A stretch of 64,000 nucleotides of DNA from assembly GCF_009834535.1 (NCBI RefSeq), contig NC_045707.1, forward strand, positions 56,050,001 through 56,114,000, written 5' to 3'. Both the position numbers and the translations under genes were made by a program. Shown here in pieces: positions 13,264-26,702 of the stretch. The stretch comes from Camelus ferus. Lineage: Eukaryota. Numbering within the stretch: position 1 is the first letter of the stretch; each line of letters starts with the position of its first letter. Under the pieces are notes generated by a model, which was not told the DNA's origin, did no database searches, and worked only from the letters and a program-made list of their open reading frames with translations.

Positions 13264-14428
13264 TCTATTTCAAAGATGCCAGGCTCAGTCACTGCTGCAG
13301 ACAAAAGGAAGAGACAGAGCAAGCAATATTCCAATAAAGGAATCCCCAATTAATGAGTCTGCAAAGTCCACATTTCAACACTCATCATTGATGTTACTTC
13401 GAAATACTGGTTGAGGCTCATTTTTCCAGAGAACACTTAACCAAAAAATCTACTTCCCTCTCAGAAATACCTGCTGGTAAAAATAACTCTCAAAGTACAA
13501 ATGGGAGGAAATTAATTCAGTATTACCGATCTCAGTGTTGACATGACTGAAATGACGGCCACAGAAGAAATAAAATCATCCCACTTCTGAATTGTGAGAG
13601 ACTACAACTTACTGGGTGATACATAATGGCCTACCACCTTGTGCCATCTTTCCATTATTGCCTAATACTGTAATTAAAACGGGGTGGGGGAGATAGTCTC
13701 CAGGTGTGTATGGTACTTTTTCAACTAGATTGCAATTCCTTTGAAGAAGGAAGGTAGAAGTTTAGGTGTGTACCTGTCTTTTTTCCTAACACTTTGCACA
13801 CATGGAGATAGATACCCTTAGATACCCTTAGAACAATCTGATCTGTTGCTTCTTAATGGAAAGAAAACCTCAGCAAACAGAACACAAGGAAATCAGAAAA
13901 AGGATATCAGCAAAGCAACAAACAGGTTAACTTTCTATGTTGTTCTACAGGCAAGAAAAAGTAAAAACACCTTAAAGACAGTAGTCACTGCAATGACCAA
14001 AACTTGAGAAGAAATCTAAAAATCAGAGAGGATACAATACAAAGCAATCTTGCTTTCTCTCATTATTTTAATATTTACCTGAATCGAAACAGAGATATTA
14101 ACTCTGACTCAGGGCCTTCCGCCTATTACATGGAGAACAAATATCTGCAGAAATGAACCATACCCTCCAAGGGTCAAGGGTCAGCTCTGAGTCCTGGTCT
14201 CTAGAATCCTGAAGACTAGAGAATTCTAAAGTAACAAAGAGAAACCAAGCTTAGGCTGACAACTCAGGTTTGACAATGGGAGATTATAATTTTTTTCTTC
14301 AATGTCACTATTTTCTTTAGGGTATTTGAATGAATGTGGTAATAAACATTTCTTCTGTTGCTGCCCTATCTTATGAAGTCTGCTTAAATTATGCAGTCCA
14401 GTAATAAATAGTTATAGGTATGCATGTA

Positions 14429-14490
14429 GCACACACACATATATATACATACACACGTGTGTGTGTGTGTATGCACAAGTATATATGTAG
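14429..14490. repeat. Compound (CA)/(TA)/(GT) microsatellite, quasi-palindromic about CACGTG
   Basis: Read directly: cacacacacatatatatacatacacacgtgtgtgtgtgtgtatgcac. Confidence 0.85.
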
Positions 14491-15519
14491 AATTTAAGTT
14501 TAGAAAAACTTAAAATTCTGCATCTGAGAACCAACTCCTTCCATCTGAAAAAAGAGAGGGGGGTGGGAGAGGCAGAGGACCAATCTTTATGGAATTCCAC
14601 CCATCAAGAAAATTACAAGCTTTCTACAGTTTTAAATTCATTGGAAAAATTAATAAGTGGTTTAAAAATTTCATCAATGGACAAATCATGTAGGAAATTA
14701 TAACAAGAAGGACAAAAACAACAGATTTTCTTAATAAAGGAACTAATAAAAGTAACATTTCAAAATATTGGGAAAAATTCCTTTAATTCACAGTATCTCT
14801 CGTATAATCCAATCATGTGGGTAAAAAAAAGAAAAACTTTCAGTCATATAGTCTTTTATTTGTAAAACCTATTTTCCCATTTGAAAACAAAGAGCTTAAC
14901 TGCCAGTAACTTGGTAAACCAACTAACAGTCACATGATACAAAGAAAAGAAAAGGTTAAATTCTCCTATCCCAGTGCAGAAGAACATGGTCCGAGTTTTG
15001 TTTTGGTTTTCTGGTTTTAGATTAAAAATGGAAACAGCTGATACCAAGCGAAAGTATAGGCTCAGGATGAAGCAAAGGACAGGGAAATTCCTATTCCAAC
15101 AGCATTTCCCAATTGGGACAAAAATCAAAGCAAAGTGGAGTTTGCTCCCTACATCTTTCCTATCTAAAGTTCTGGCGCCCAAGAAATTCCCCAGCAACCT
15201 CAGGCTCTAAGGAGAGCTTGCCAAGTAAAACTGAGTCCTTTCCCACTGACCATATCTTGATGACTCCTCTATCACTGTACCTTTAAGAGAAACAAAAACC
15301 GTAAGGCAGGCAGGAAAAATGCCTTCCCTCTGTGCCAGGAAACATCCTTTAATTATTCACTCATATCATTCCCAAATGGAAACTGAAAATAAAGAAGACA
15401 CAGTAGTTATAACCTACATTATTTTTTTTTTGAAAAATCTAATGTGACTGGAATGAAAAGCACTCTCACACACACACACATACAAGATAAATTGATGACA
15501 TTCAGAAAGCTCCAGGGCA

Positions 15520-16076
15520 ACTCCTGAGCATATATCTGGAGGAAGCTCTAATTCAAAAAGATACATGCACCCCAATGTTCATAGCAGCACTATTTACAAT
15601 AGTCAAGATACGGAAACAACCTCAATGTCCATCGACAGATGACTGGATAAAGAAGTTGTGGTATATTTATATAATGGAATACTATTCAGCCATAAAAAAT
15701 AAAATAATGCCATTTGCAGCAACATGGATGGACCTGGAGATTGTCATTCTAAGTGAAGTAAGCCAGAAAGAGAAAGAAAAATACCATATGACATCACTTA
15801 TATGTGGAATCTAAAAAAAATAAAAAGACAAATAGACTTATTTATAAAACAGAAACAGATTCACAGACATAGAAAACAAACTTATGGTTACTGGGGGGAA
15901 GGGCGTAGGGTAGAGGGATAAACTGGGAGTTCAAGATTTGCAAATACTAACTACTATATATAAAACAGATAACAAGGTCCTACTGCACAGCACAGGGAAC
16001 TATATTCAGTAGCTTGTAATAGCTTATAATGAAAAAGAATATGAAAAGGAATATGGATATATATGCATATATATGC

Positions 16077-16121
<45 letters not shown>

Positions 16122-16352
16122 TATGTATGTGTATATATATATATTGATCTCCACCTCAGGGATATACTTCTCAGTAACATACCGTGTCAGTCTCGTACCA
16201 TTTCCACTTTCTAAATATGTAGGTCCTCCTACAACACAGCCCACCTTCCCCAGGATGCAATGCCCTATATATATAACTAAATCACTATACTGTATACCAG
16301 AAATTAACACAATATTGTAGACTGACTATACTTCAATTAAAAAAATATAAAA
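15520..16352 (+). mobile_element. 5'-truncated LINE-1 (ORF2 C-terminus + 3' UTR) carrying a 121-bp foreign insert
   Basis: ORF 15575-15814 (MFIAALFTI...CPSTDDWIKKLWYIY.MEYYSAIK) is the L1 ORF2p C-terminus. TSD AGAAAGCT(C/T)CAGGGCA at 15504-15519 and 16353-16368. Confidence 0.96.
16056..16144. repeat. (TA)n-(CA)n-(TA)n compound microsatellite within the L1 3' UTR
   Basis: Read directly from the sequence. Confidence 0.95.
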
Positions 16353-16915
16353 AGAAAGCTTCAGGGCAGAATTCTGTAATAAAGCTGATATTCTCCACTA
16401 AGGAAAATAATTAGCTGTTAATTCCAGCTGAGTATTTGCTGCGAAAATTAAAGACCAAAAACCAGAAAATAAAGCCTGGAATTTGCCTGACAAAATGCTA
16501 ACCCCACACTTTCTAACCCCTTTTGAACTTTCAGATAGAAGCCAAAAGGAGGTCAGCCTTGGCCTACAGCCGGAGGGAGAAAGTGGTGAGGTGGCCTTAA
16601 GGCACCGGGGTAAAAGAAAGGTGAGAATGTAGCTTCCTTTTAATGTCTACACATTCAACCGGGTGACTGGCAGTGAGGGAGGACACCACGGCACATGATT
16701 AATTTGTGACCCTCTATTAATTTTCAACAGGCAAGTAGGAAACAGGAATTTTATCAAGCCATAGGAGCAGAGCAATTACATAGACCTAACACCCATCTCC
16801 ACCTCAGGGATATACTTCTCAGTAACATACCATGTCAACATCGTACCATTTCCACTTTCTAAATACGCAGGTCCTCCTACAACACAGCCCACCTTCCCCA
16901 GGATACAATGCCCTA
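16147..16915 (+). repeat. 121-bp direct duplication (16147-16267 and 16795-16915)
   Basis: Ungapped alignment by eye gives 114/121 identical, offset 648 bp. Confidence 0.97.
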
Positions 16916-17694
16916 ACCAATGCCTTTAAAGGGGGTTTTCAAGCTCCCAAGGAGGGAAGTTGGTCTGAGATAATTAACTGGGATATGGGAGAAATCTACT
17001 GAAGCTTCTATTTGTATCTCTTTATTTGGCTTTTTCCATATTTGTCAGCTTCTCATATATGAGACATTTTACTACAGTATATTTTCCAAATATTTAGTGC
17101 ACATGTGTTTCCAAATTTTTTTGGAAAGACAGAGCAAACTGGTCAGAACAAGAGAAGAAAACCTACCAGCTCACAGGCAGGCCGGCCCTACACTTTGCTG
17201 TCTGCTGAGGGGAATTCTCATCAAACACAGCTGTCACGGGATTTCTCATCATCCTGGGTGTCCCATTCTAAAGCTGGCAAAGTACAGTGATAAACATTAT
17301 CTCAGCATGACTCCTCGCCACCCTGGGACATAGCAGGTGGATGGGGGCGCAATGCCTGCTGAGAAAACCAAGAATGAGGAGGAACCATCTGAGGGTGATT
17401 CCGTCCTCTTCCTCTCAGCCTGCTGCTCCACTCCCGCACCGGGGTTGTGTTACCCTGGACAAAAATCACCCCCTTGAAGATCCTTCAAGTTCTGGGAAAC
17501 AAACGGTAAGATGTAATCTTCCTGACATGACAACTTGGTACAAGCCCTTTGCTCCCAGGTTTTCATAACAGCATAATCATTCTTCCAGCCAGATGGGAAA
17601 AAAAAAATCATGACTGTCAGGCCCTCACTGAGAAGAAAATGAATTTAGGTAGAGAGGAAAACTCAGAGCCCTCGTAAAGAAAATGCACCATCAA

Positions 17695-17853
17695 GGCGGT
17701 AGGATATTGCTCAGTGGTAGAGTGTGTGCTTAGCATGCACAAGATCCAGGATTCAATCCCCAGTATCTCCATGAAAATAAATAAATAAACCTAATTACCT
17801 ACCCCCCACCAAAAAAAAAAAAAAAAAAAAAAACCAAAACAAACAAAAAATAA
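17695..17853 (+). mobile_element. tRNA-derived SINE (camelid Vic-1-like)
   Basis: A box ttgctcagtggtagag, B box gattcaatccc, tail cctaattacct...poly(A). TSD TAAAGAAAATGC at 17675-17686 and 17854-17865. Confidence 0.92.
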
Positions 17854-19716
17854 TAAAGAAAATGCCCAGAGTTCCACAGACAGGACATACTTCTACTCAC
17901 TGGGCTACACATATTGTAGTGTCAGGTCAATGCCACCAAAAAAAAAGGTCTGTCTCCATCCGCCAGCTTCACGTTAGTATTTAAGAGGAAGACAACGTTG
18001 AGGGACAAGAGCAAGGGAGGATCTTTAAATTGGCCTTAAGACCACTGAGAGTGTCTGCCTGGCCCTCCCTCCCTCCCTCTCTTTCTCTGTTTCCCTCTCT
18101 TTCTCTCTCATACAGTCGTACATCCATCTTTTGGTACAAAGAGCTACCAAAAAAATTACTTAAACGCCAAAAGCCTGCCCAACAACCAAAAAATAGGCAT
18201 ACCTTCTCATGCCATGAATTGTCTAGGTAAGGACTTTGTCTTTAAATGACCTGCCTTCCTTAATTTTAGTACCTATTAATTTTCCCCCAAATCCAGAAAG
18301 TTATTCAAACCTATTTGGCATCCAGTCTCCTCTGCCCTTAATTGAAGCAATTCTAATCAAAAATTCTAAATGTATCCAATTTTCATTGTAAAAGAAACTG
18401 CAGAAACAAGTTTATCAAGCCAAGTACCCTGTCAACATAAGATTTACTGTGCCCACAAAAGAATACACAGAAGCATCCTTCCCCCCATAAACTCCACATA
18501 CTCTTTCTATACAAAAAGGAAGAGTCAATAATTTTTGTTAATTTCATTGCACTCAATATGTCACATTCTCAAAATTAGGAATAAAGAGGATCCTCAGAAG
18601 TAACTCAAAGGTATCGTGTATCACACAAGCCTTGAATTCTAACTCTTTAAACAGCCATCATCCTTTCATCTAGGAAGGATAAAGAATATCAATGATCACA
18701 GGACGAGATTTCTTTCCATTGCCCTCTTTCCAGAGACAGTGTGCTTCAGTGACTATGCCAGATGCGGATCTCAGAGGTTCTGTCTCAACGTGGCTTTGTA
18801 ACCAGCTCTCCAAAGGGACCGAGGGTGAGGTCTTGGACGTGCACTGGCTTCGGTTAACACTTCCGTAAGACAAGAATGGCAGAAGGCAGTATTGGTCAAA
18901 GAGGTCTGTAATGCATTCCTGAGCCTTCCATTCCATTCGTCAAGCACCAGGAGGGCCTGCAGGACTCTCAGCTAAAATGCAGATTCAATGCCTATCAAAT
19001 AAAGCCAGTAACAAATGCTGGACCTTTCTTTACCAAGGTCAAACACACGCCAACCATTAGGTCCTCAGAATTTTTCCTTTGTGTCCAATCAGTTGTATCA
19101 GACTGTAGATAACCATATTGTAAATATTTCCTAAACCTGAGGCCATGTAACCCGCCCTCTCTTTTTCAGCACTCTTACCATACCTTTACCCACGATCACA
19201 GATCACAACGTTAACGTGGGGGCCGAGATCATCTATTTTTTTCAGATCCCGGAGTCAAGGATCAAAGCAGCTTCCTAAGGAGCGTCTGTCCATCATTAAG
19301 AAGCACAAAGGCCAGAGAGTCAGTTCTTTCCTATTTGTTTATTTATGTTAATGATGTGATTGCTACATATTTCTAAATAAATAGAAATGTTAAGAGGCTT
19401 TTCTCCAGGGGTAGGGGGTCTTCAATCCTGCTAGTTCAGTTTAAGACCACCAATGTGGTCTTTGGAGAGGGTCCTGCTTTCTAAAGCACACAGTTGTTGT
19501 AAACAGCAACTGGTTGAAGCTCTAATTAGCATTAAACAGGCTCCACGAATGAACAGCAAGATGACAAGGGTCACTAAACTAAAGAAGAGGTCAAGCTACC
19601 CCAGTCCCACAGGACAATGCCCGAGGTACCCATGCAAATTAGGGAAGCAGCCCAGGCATGTCTGGGATGAGCAGCAGGACTAAAACCTCCAATCCGCCTT
19701 TTACTTTGCCTCCTAC

Positions 19717-19800
19717 AAAAAAAAAAAAAAAAAAAAAAAGGAAGAAAAAGAAGAAGGAAAACAAGGGAAAAGAAAGAGAACAAAAGAAAAGAAAACCAAA
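19717..19800. repeat. Poly(A) plus A/G-rich low-complexity tract
   Basis: About 80 nt, almost entirely purine on the + strand. Confidence 0.9.
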
Positions 19801-20855
19801 TGGCCTACTTCTTGGGAACAGCGTGATACGTAATTAGTAATCACTTCTGCCTCATAGAAACAACAAATAAAAGGCAGCTAAGAACATCGCAATAGCAACC
19901 AAGAAAGAATCAGAGAATACAGTTAGCATCTGTGTTAAGATGGGCAGAGGTTTTCTCCCACAACATCCCAGTATTTCCACCACAAAGAGGAAATCTGTAC
20001 GACCAACTGCCAACTTGTTGATTTTTTTTTCTGTTGAAAAAAATAATAAAGAACAAACTCCACACACACACTCTGTTCAAATGTGACAAAGAACCCCTTT
20101 TTCAAAATGTACTACAGGGCTGTTGGTTTTTTTCATCCCCCCAGCAGTAAAAACCCTTCTTCAAACTACTGCAAGATAACTGCAGAAATTCGATTTGGAA
20201 AAGTTTGAGAGAGAGATTTTCAGAAAAGCGTTTGGAACCCTATTAAATACTTTGATCTGGTCATCACCTATAAAACCCTGCCCTGTTTTGATTTTTTTTT
20301 TAATCCCACTTTTGTTCATATCCAACTTGGGAGAAGTGTTAGCTACTCTGAATGAGAACAGACTTCATATCAGCAAGCAAGTTAGTTAAGGTCAGAAAAT
20401 ATTTGTAATTACGAAGGCAAAACTTTTGCAAGACAATTCAAAAAAAAAAACACCAAAGTTCAGAAAACATAAAATGTAACATTCATTCTTCATTCATTAT
20501 TCTAGCCCTATTTTCTAAAATAGAAAGTTGTTTTTGTAGCAGAAACAAATGAGAGACATAACCCTATTAAGAGACTCTTCCTCCAATCAGTGACTTAAGA
20601 ACCAGTGTTTGCAGCCAGAAAGCCTATTAAATCTACTTAAAAAAAAAAAAAACTTCTGATATGTTGAAAAATCAATAATAAAAAAGGAAGATAAGATAGA
20701 ACATTTTTATTTAAATATCTAAGTACATTTTGTATCCTTTGCATTAAGATTTACCTCTGAGAACACAAATATGTTTTTACCAAGAAACTGAAAAGTGTTA
20801 GTTCAAATTTCTCATGGGCAAAATACTTTTTTTATTTCTATATCTAAAAGAATTT

Positions 20856-20988
20856 AAAAAAATTTTTTTGTGGGGGAGAGGTAATTAGGTTCCTTTCGTT
20901 CTCCTCCTATGGAGGTACTGGGGATTGAGCTCAGGACCTCATGCATGCCAAGCACAACTCTCTACCACTGAGATACACCCTCCCCACT
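20856..20988 (-). mobile_element. tRNA-derived SINE (Vic-1-like)
   Basis: ggaggtactggggattgagctcaggacctcatgcatgccaagcacaactctctaccactgag is the reverse complement of the SINE body. Imperfect TSD tctaaaagaattt / tctaagagacttt. Confidence 0.92.
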
Positions 20989-22019
20989 TCTAAGAGACTT
21001 TTTTTTTAAAGCATATTTCTGAACTGTTCTTGGTCATTCCATTTGACTACCAAAGAATATGCAAACTAACTTCATGAACTCCTCTTATATGATGTTACTT
21101 ATGCTTTTTACTTATTCATGTCATAGAGTATCAGTACAATACATAGAATTTATCATGTATTCAATAATATCTGTATAATATAAACATTCAATAAAAGAGG
21201 CTGCTATCCAAAAGCAGCACTGAGTCTATTATTTTAGGGAACCTATCACAAAGCCATGTACTTTATATTTCTTAAAAAAGGGGAAAATGAAATAAAGTTA
21301 TTTTATTGCTCTTTAAAGCTAGAGAAAACTATCTTTCCTAGATGTTAGAATTATCAGTTAAACTCGTTTGATTAATGAGAATGAGAAAGATATTCTCGTT
21401 CACTTTAAGATTATCCAAGGCAGACAAGTAAGCAGCAATTTTGCATTAAACACTGAAAATAGAGGTTTTAAAAGCAGGTATCAGCAAACACTCATGCTGT
21501 GCTTCGTTCAGTTTATTAATGACCTTACAGTGGGTGTGGATGTGCTAAAAGGAAAACAGAAAAGAGTGAGTAGGAAATTAGTAGGAAAAAATCTTTCCTG
21601 TAATTAAGTATTTACAAATAAATGGAACAGAAAGCAACTTACAAAACATCCATCTTTGAAGGAACAACCCCTATCCTGGAAGTAGAAATCTAATCAATGA
21701 GACTCCATTAATGCTAGAACTATGACAAGTAACATCCTTATAATGCGGCTATTTTGTTTAATTGCTATGCTAAGTGAAACTGCTAAAAGATCCTTACTAT
21801 TCTTGATCCCAGTACAACCCATACTTGCAAATATACACTTTCTGAACAACAGAGATACTAATCATAAGCTTATCCTGGCAGGTGTTACAACGTACAGCTG
21901 TGCCCTGAATATTAGGTTTCTAAATTACACTAAATGTGAGTTATATCTGAAAGGCTTATCATATGAAATACTCTTATTTGCTGTCTTCTATGTATAAATG
22001 CATGAGAATATTCTATTTA

Positions 22020-22310
22020 GTAGATCCCATTTGATACTGGACATTTCCCGTCTAAATCCTTCCGTATCTCCCCATCGGCAAGGTTACCTAATAAGCCCAT
22101 CAGCATCTGGTTCTGGCCAACCTTTCCCACCTCAGCTCCCACCACTACCAACACCATCTCCAACACTGAAACCATTTCCAACTTCCTACACTTTCTACCT
22201 TTGCCTTTGCCCACTTTATGCCCTCTGTCTGGAATGTCCTTTTCAGCCACGTTGTTTGCCCGGAGAGCCACTGAGCCTTGCAGTGTCAGGCTGTGCAAGA
22301 ATTCTTAATT
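22020..22310 (+). mobile_element. Degraded L2 fragment
   Basis: tgcctttgcccactttatgccctctgtctggaatgtcctt resembles the L2 3' region. Confidence 0.5.
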
Positions 22311-22609
22311 GACGACAATCACAATAAAAGGAACTCTCCAATTTAATACTTAGCAGGCCTAACTTCAAAATTCTTCAGAAGGATGAAGGTAAAGAAGAAA
22401 AAAAGACTTTGGATGGACCTAGAATGCTCAGTATTTAATATGCCCATCACAGCTCTCTGGGCATGACTGGGGGATAATGACACATTACAGTCTCACTGCT
22501 CTTAAACTATGTAGAATATCGTCAGGGTGGTAATACTATTAAACATAAATTAGCAGACACTAATGAACTTGACCAAAAAAAGAGACTGGAATAAAAATGA
22601 TAAAGACTT

Positions 22610-22735
22610 ACAGAGCATTTTACAGTTTATACTGTAATTTTCCTCTATTACCAAATTTAATCCTTGTATCTGGGTGAAGAAAAGTTTTATACTATACCCA
22701 ACTTACTGAAAAGAAAATTGAGTCACAAGTTTATA
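22610..22735 (-). mobile_element. MIR fragment
   Basis: gcattttacagttta...atttaatcct...ttactgaaaagaaaattgagtcaca. Confidence 0.55.
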
Positions 22736-25004
22736 CAGCGCTTTTTAAGATAGGTCTAAGATAGGTCTGGAACATGCTTCTAGGACATTACTGTAACTTA
22801 CTATCACTACTTTCTCAACATGGTACAACCCCATTGAGAAAGCTGACAGAGGAAAGAGACCTTTTAAGCTTTGAAGAACACGAAGGATCTGACAGGGAGA
22901 AGGGAAGAAAATAGCTAAGATTTTCACTAGAAAACAACGACAATAGTATGAACATCAACAATTGTGGAGATGGTGAAGAGAGAAATCTGCAAGAGTGTAG
23001 CATTCAGCTGGGGAGCCAGCACATAGAGATGCAAAGCCAAGAAAAGGCATTTGGAATGAGATCGTACACAAGTCTGCAATGAAGAGTCTGCAAACAAGGC
23101 AACATCAGAGTTAAAGAATTTAAGAAAGACTTTTTAAAATAATAGTCTCCAGAATGTTTTATTGGGAAAAACCTCACCAGGATTCAATATAAATTTAACA
23201 GTTTAACTGCTGGAGGAACTTGGACGTAGACAAATAAAAGAGTGGAACATTGTGACTCCCTTGGAAAGACAGCCACAAAACAGAAAATAAATGCATCCTC
23301 TAATGAGTTCTTTCAGAAATTACACAGTACGGAAAGAGGAAATCATTCTTGGTATGTTTCACTTTGATTCCTTTGTTTCACTGCCATATTATATCAACAG
23401 AAATGTTTTAAACAGAAAAACATATTTCACCTATCTTAATAATCAACCAAGTGGTATACTGAGTGTTACAATAGGAGAACTACAAGTGCCCCTTTTCCTA
23501 AGAAAATCTGAGTTTGTGCGTGTTGTTCTGGCGTCATTATTAGGTATGTACCCTTTCACTCTCAAAACCTAGCTTAGACAATAGATGATAAAGTCATTCT
23601 ATCTATAACACACTACAATGAACAGAGCAATCTCAAGGTTGTGACCAGAGACATCAACATTACATAACCTGAAGCATCGCCATTCCCACTGAGATCTATG
23701 AACCTGGCAACACCAGAGCTGTGTGACACAGAGGAAGAGGGGCCATGAGATCAAAGTATGTTGGCCGGCTCCCACCCTCAGAACAGTTTAACATACACTT
23801 TTTAAAGCTTATTTAACATGACACACGTTTATCTGGCAGATTTTAATATTCCAAACTCAATCCCCAGCAGGAAAGGAACAGAAATAAAATGTGCAGGTGA
23901 CCCCAAACCCAGCACACACCCAAAGTGGAAACAGGATGCTGTGCAAGCACTCCCTGGGGACTAGTGTCAGTACCACACCATCAGGTGACGCCCAGGCACC
24001 ATCAGGAAGACCCACATTGGCCCTTTCCTCTCTGCTCTACATTGCATTATGTTTAGCGTGCGTTATGTTAAAATATATATATATATACACACACAAAAAG
24101 CAGGCACTATAGGAAATGATAACATGAATAAGTCAAGACATTCCTAACATATATTAGCTCATATTGATATTTACATATGTATCCCTGGAAACTCAATATT
24201 TCAATTCAATGGGATACTCTATACAGATACATACTTTTCTTGATAAAACCAGACATGGGGTTTTATGCACATACATACAGACAACCCATTTCCAGTTTTT
24301 TTTCCCCCCTAAATTATGTTTCTTCTTAGGAGGAAAGAACACGATTCTCTCAATGAAAAATCTGCCAAGCCCCCAACTAGAGGCTAAAGAAACTGGAAGA
24401 TTATAATAAATGTGTCAGAGAAACATCAAATCAAGCATAAAGGGAAAATTGGCTGAGTTTTGTCTCCTTCCACAAGATACGACTTGGTACATTTACATTC
24501 CCTACCACAGTGCTCTTGAAAAAGGCAGAAATATGAGCATCATTATATATCACTGGCTTTTATGGCTACTAGAGACTAAGGCTGGGCTCCAGCAGAACAT
24601 TTTTATTCTCCAGGAAAAATATTTTTCTTTTCGAGATGGGTGAAAAAGTTCAGTGACCGTTCTTAATTACCTAGACCTCCATGTGCTTCATGGAGCCTCG
24701 CATCAGCTCTAATTACTTTCCACAACCTCAACTTTCCCTTCTTTTTCACCTTTCCCATGGTTTGCTCTGAGGCCAGCACCCATGGCTCCTGAGTATGGGA
24801 TTCCTGTTTTATCTCCTTATTTCATGCAGTCCCTAAAAAATAGGCAGCCTGGCTTTCATTTTCCCCTTATGGTTAAATTAATACTATTAGTGGCAAAATC
24901 AACCTGAAAATAAAATCCTATTTACTAACAGCATTTTGGTGTCAATTTTAACCAATGGCAATCTTCACGATGTATTTGAAAGCTGATGGAAATCAAGTGG
25001 TTGG

Positions 25005-25435
25005 TTTGTGGCAGAAGCAACACGCTGTTCCTGACGTACTTCTCCCCTTATTTCTGTGGAGTAGAACCCCCAGTTGGGCGGAGGACAGGAATGCTCAAAA
25101 TACTCCCTGGTAGCTAGCTGTGCGCACGTGATTAAACTCTAGCAGATGGGGCCCAGCAGAGGGGAGAAGGACGATCTCCAGGTTCTGCCTTTGGAGGAAA
25201 GTCGCCCCACTCACTCCCTCCTCCCCAGGACTGCCTGGAATAGAGACACAGTGCTGGAAGGCACCACAGCCGTCTAAGACATGAGATGGGAGCCCAGTCC
25301 TGAGGATGGATTGAAGGATCTCTCAGCCCTAGTCGGGAATTTTTATGTGTGAGAGAAACAAACTTCTGTCACACTGAGGTCACTGTTATTTTGGCTTTTT
25401 TTAAAAAAAAAAAAAACAGCAGTATCAACCTATAA
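25005..25435 (+). mobile_element. Old MaLR LTR (MLT1H/I/J-like)
   Basis: ctgcctggaat...cagccgtctaagacatgag...gtgagagaaacaaacttctgtc...cactgttattttgg...acagcag follows the late-MLT1 layout. Confidence 0.6.
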
Positions 25436-25695
25436 ATTGATGACTAAATCAGTTCTTCATGTCTCTTCACTGTTCTTCCTTTCGAGGTAAAATAATAGAG
25501 GGAAAAGGTAAAGAAATTCCGGATGAATGAGAGATTCTTCCTAATCACCGGCAGGACAGTATCAATTATGAAAAATGTCCAGTTCTCACAATTAAAAAAT
25601 ACATTTACATAGTCAGACCACATCAAGGGATTATGCTCTTCATTCTGACACAGAAAAATCTTCCCTAAAATTCTCATCTCTGAACCTGCCGGCGC

Positions 25696-25711
25696 GGGGG
25701 GGGGGGGGGGG
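25696..25711 (+). repeat. G16 homopolymer preceded by CCGGCGC
   Basis: Read directly from the sequence. Confidence 0.95.
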
Positions 25712-26702
25712 TAACATCTGCTTTAAGAAAATGGAAAAAGGAAAACAAAACAAAAAACAAAAAGGGGCCACCTCAGGGCTCGAACATTAACATCCTGGGT
25801 AAAGATATACCCCTCCTCATTTTGCTGTGGATAAATCACATGCTAGAAAAGTTTTCTTTAGTCTTCAGCACATAAACTCCTACCTAGGATAATTCCAACA
25901 GTCCGAACAATATTAATTATTTATCGCAAATCAACAGATATTTTACCACAAACTGCAATACAATCAAAAGAATGTTAGGTTGAGCGGTAACAAATCACCA
26001 TCAAGCTCTTGACTGTATATAATCTGAAACAAGGCTCTAAAACTGCCAGAAAGACACAGAAGCTGGTAGTCCCTGGTGACAAGCACAATAACTAACTGAG
26101 GAATAACTGTGAGGAGAAGAGTGTGGGAGAAAGTTTAGAAACAGCAAAGCGACATATAACATTTTGACTTGGGCTCAATTTTCCCATCAAAAAAAGAAAA
26201 AAAAAAAAAACACTCCAATATGGCATATAAATTATAGGAAGAAAAACTCTAAACTACATATACATCAAAATACCAGACCACATTTAAAATGAAACAAAAA
26301 CAACACCTTCTTTCAAACTTTTGTCAAGAAAGAAATATAAGAACAATTTTTTTAAAGTAATGAGTAATTATCCTGCCTCTTTCTTGCACACGTGGGAAAG
26401 ATAGCCTCTCCTATGCCAGCGTCACTTTCAACAGCTGAATAATCCCATGGATCATTTATGAAAACAAGGACCCAGTATAGAATTTGAATACTTATAAAAT
26501 CCCAGAATTTCTTGGGAAATTAGCATTATCTGGCTTAGCTTTTGAGTCCAGAGGAAAAAGAATTTAATTTATTTGAGGGTGGGGAGGGTGGGGACAGGAT
26601 ATACTTGAAATTAACTACTCACTGTTCACCTGAACAGAAGTCAATATTTTCTACCTCCTGCAATGATGTAAACTACTTCCTGTGTCTACCAGCAGGAGAC
26701 AG

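Noticed and set aside
15575..15814. 79-aa ORF with clear protein-like sequence (also ORFs 48494-48694 and 50013-50237)
   Set aside because: L1 ORF2p C-terminus and 3' UTR of truncated elements, not host genes.
17695..17775. tRNA-like sequences (also at 20910, 30345, 44649 and 44765)
   Set aside because: Diverged, followed by SINE tails and flanked by TSDs: these are SINEs, not tRNA genes.
18670..18960. Balanced-composition stretch with two long minus frames (possible pseudogene fragment)
   Set aside because: No recognisable homology, poly(A) or TSD.
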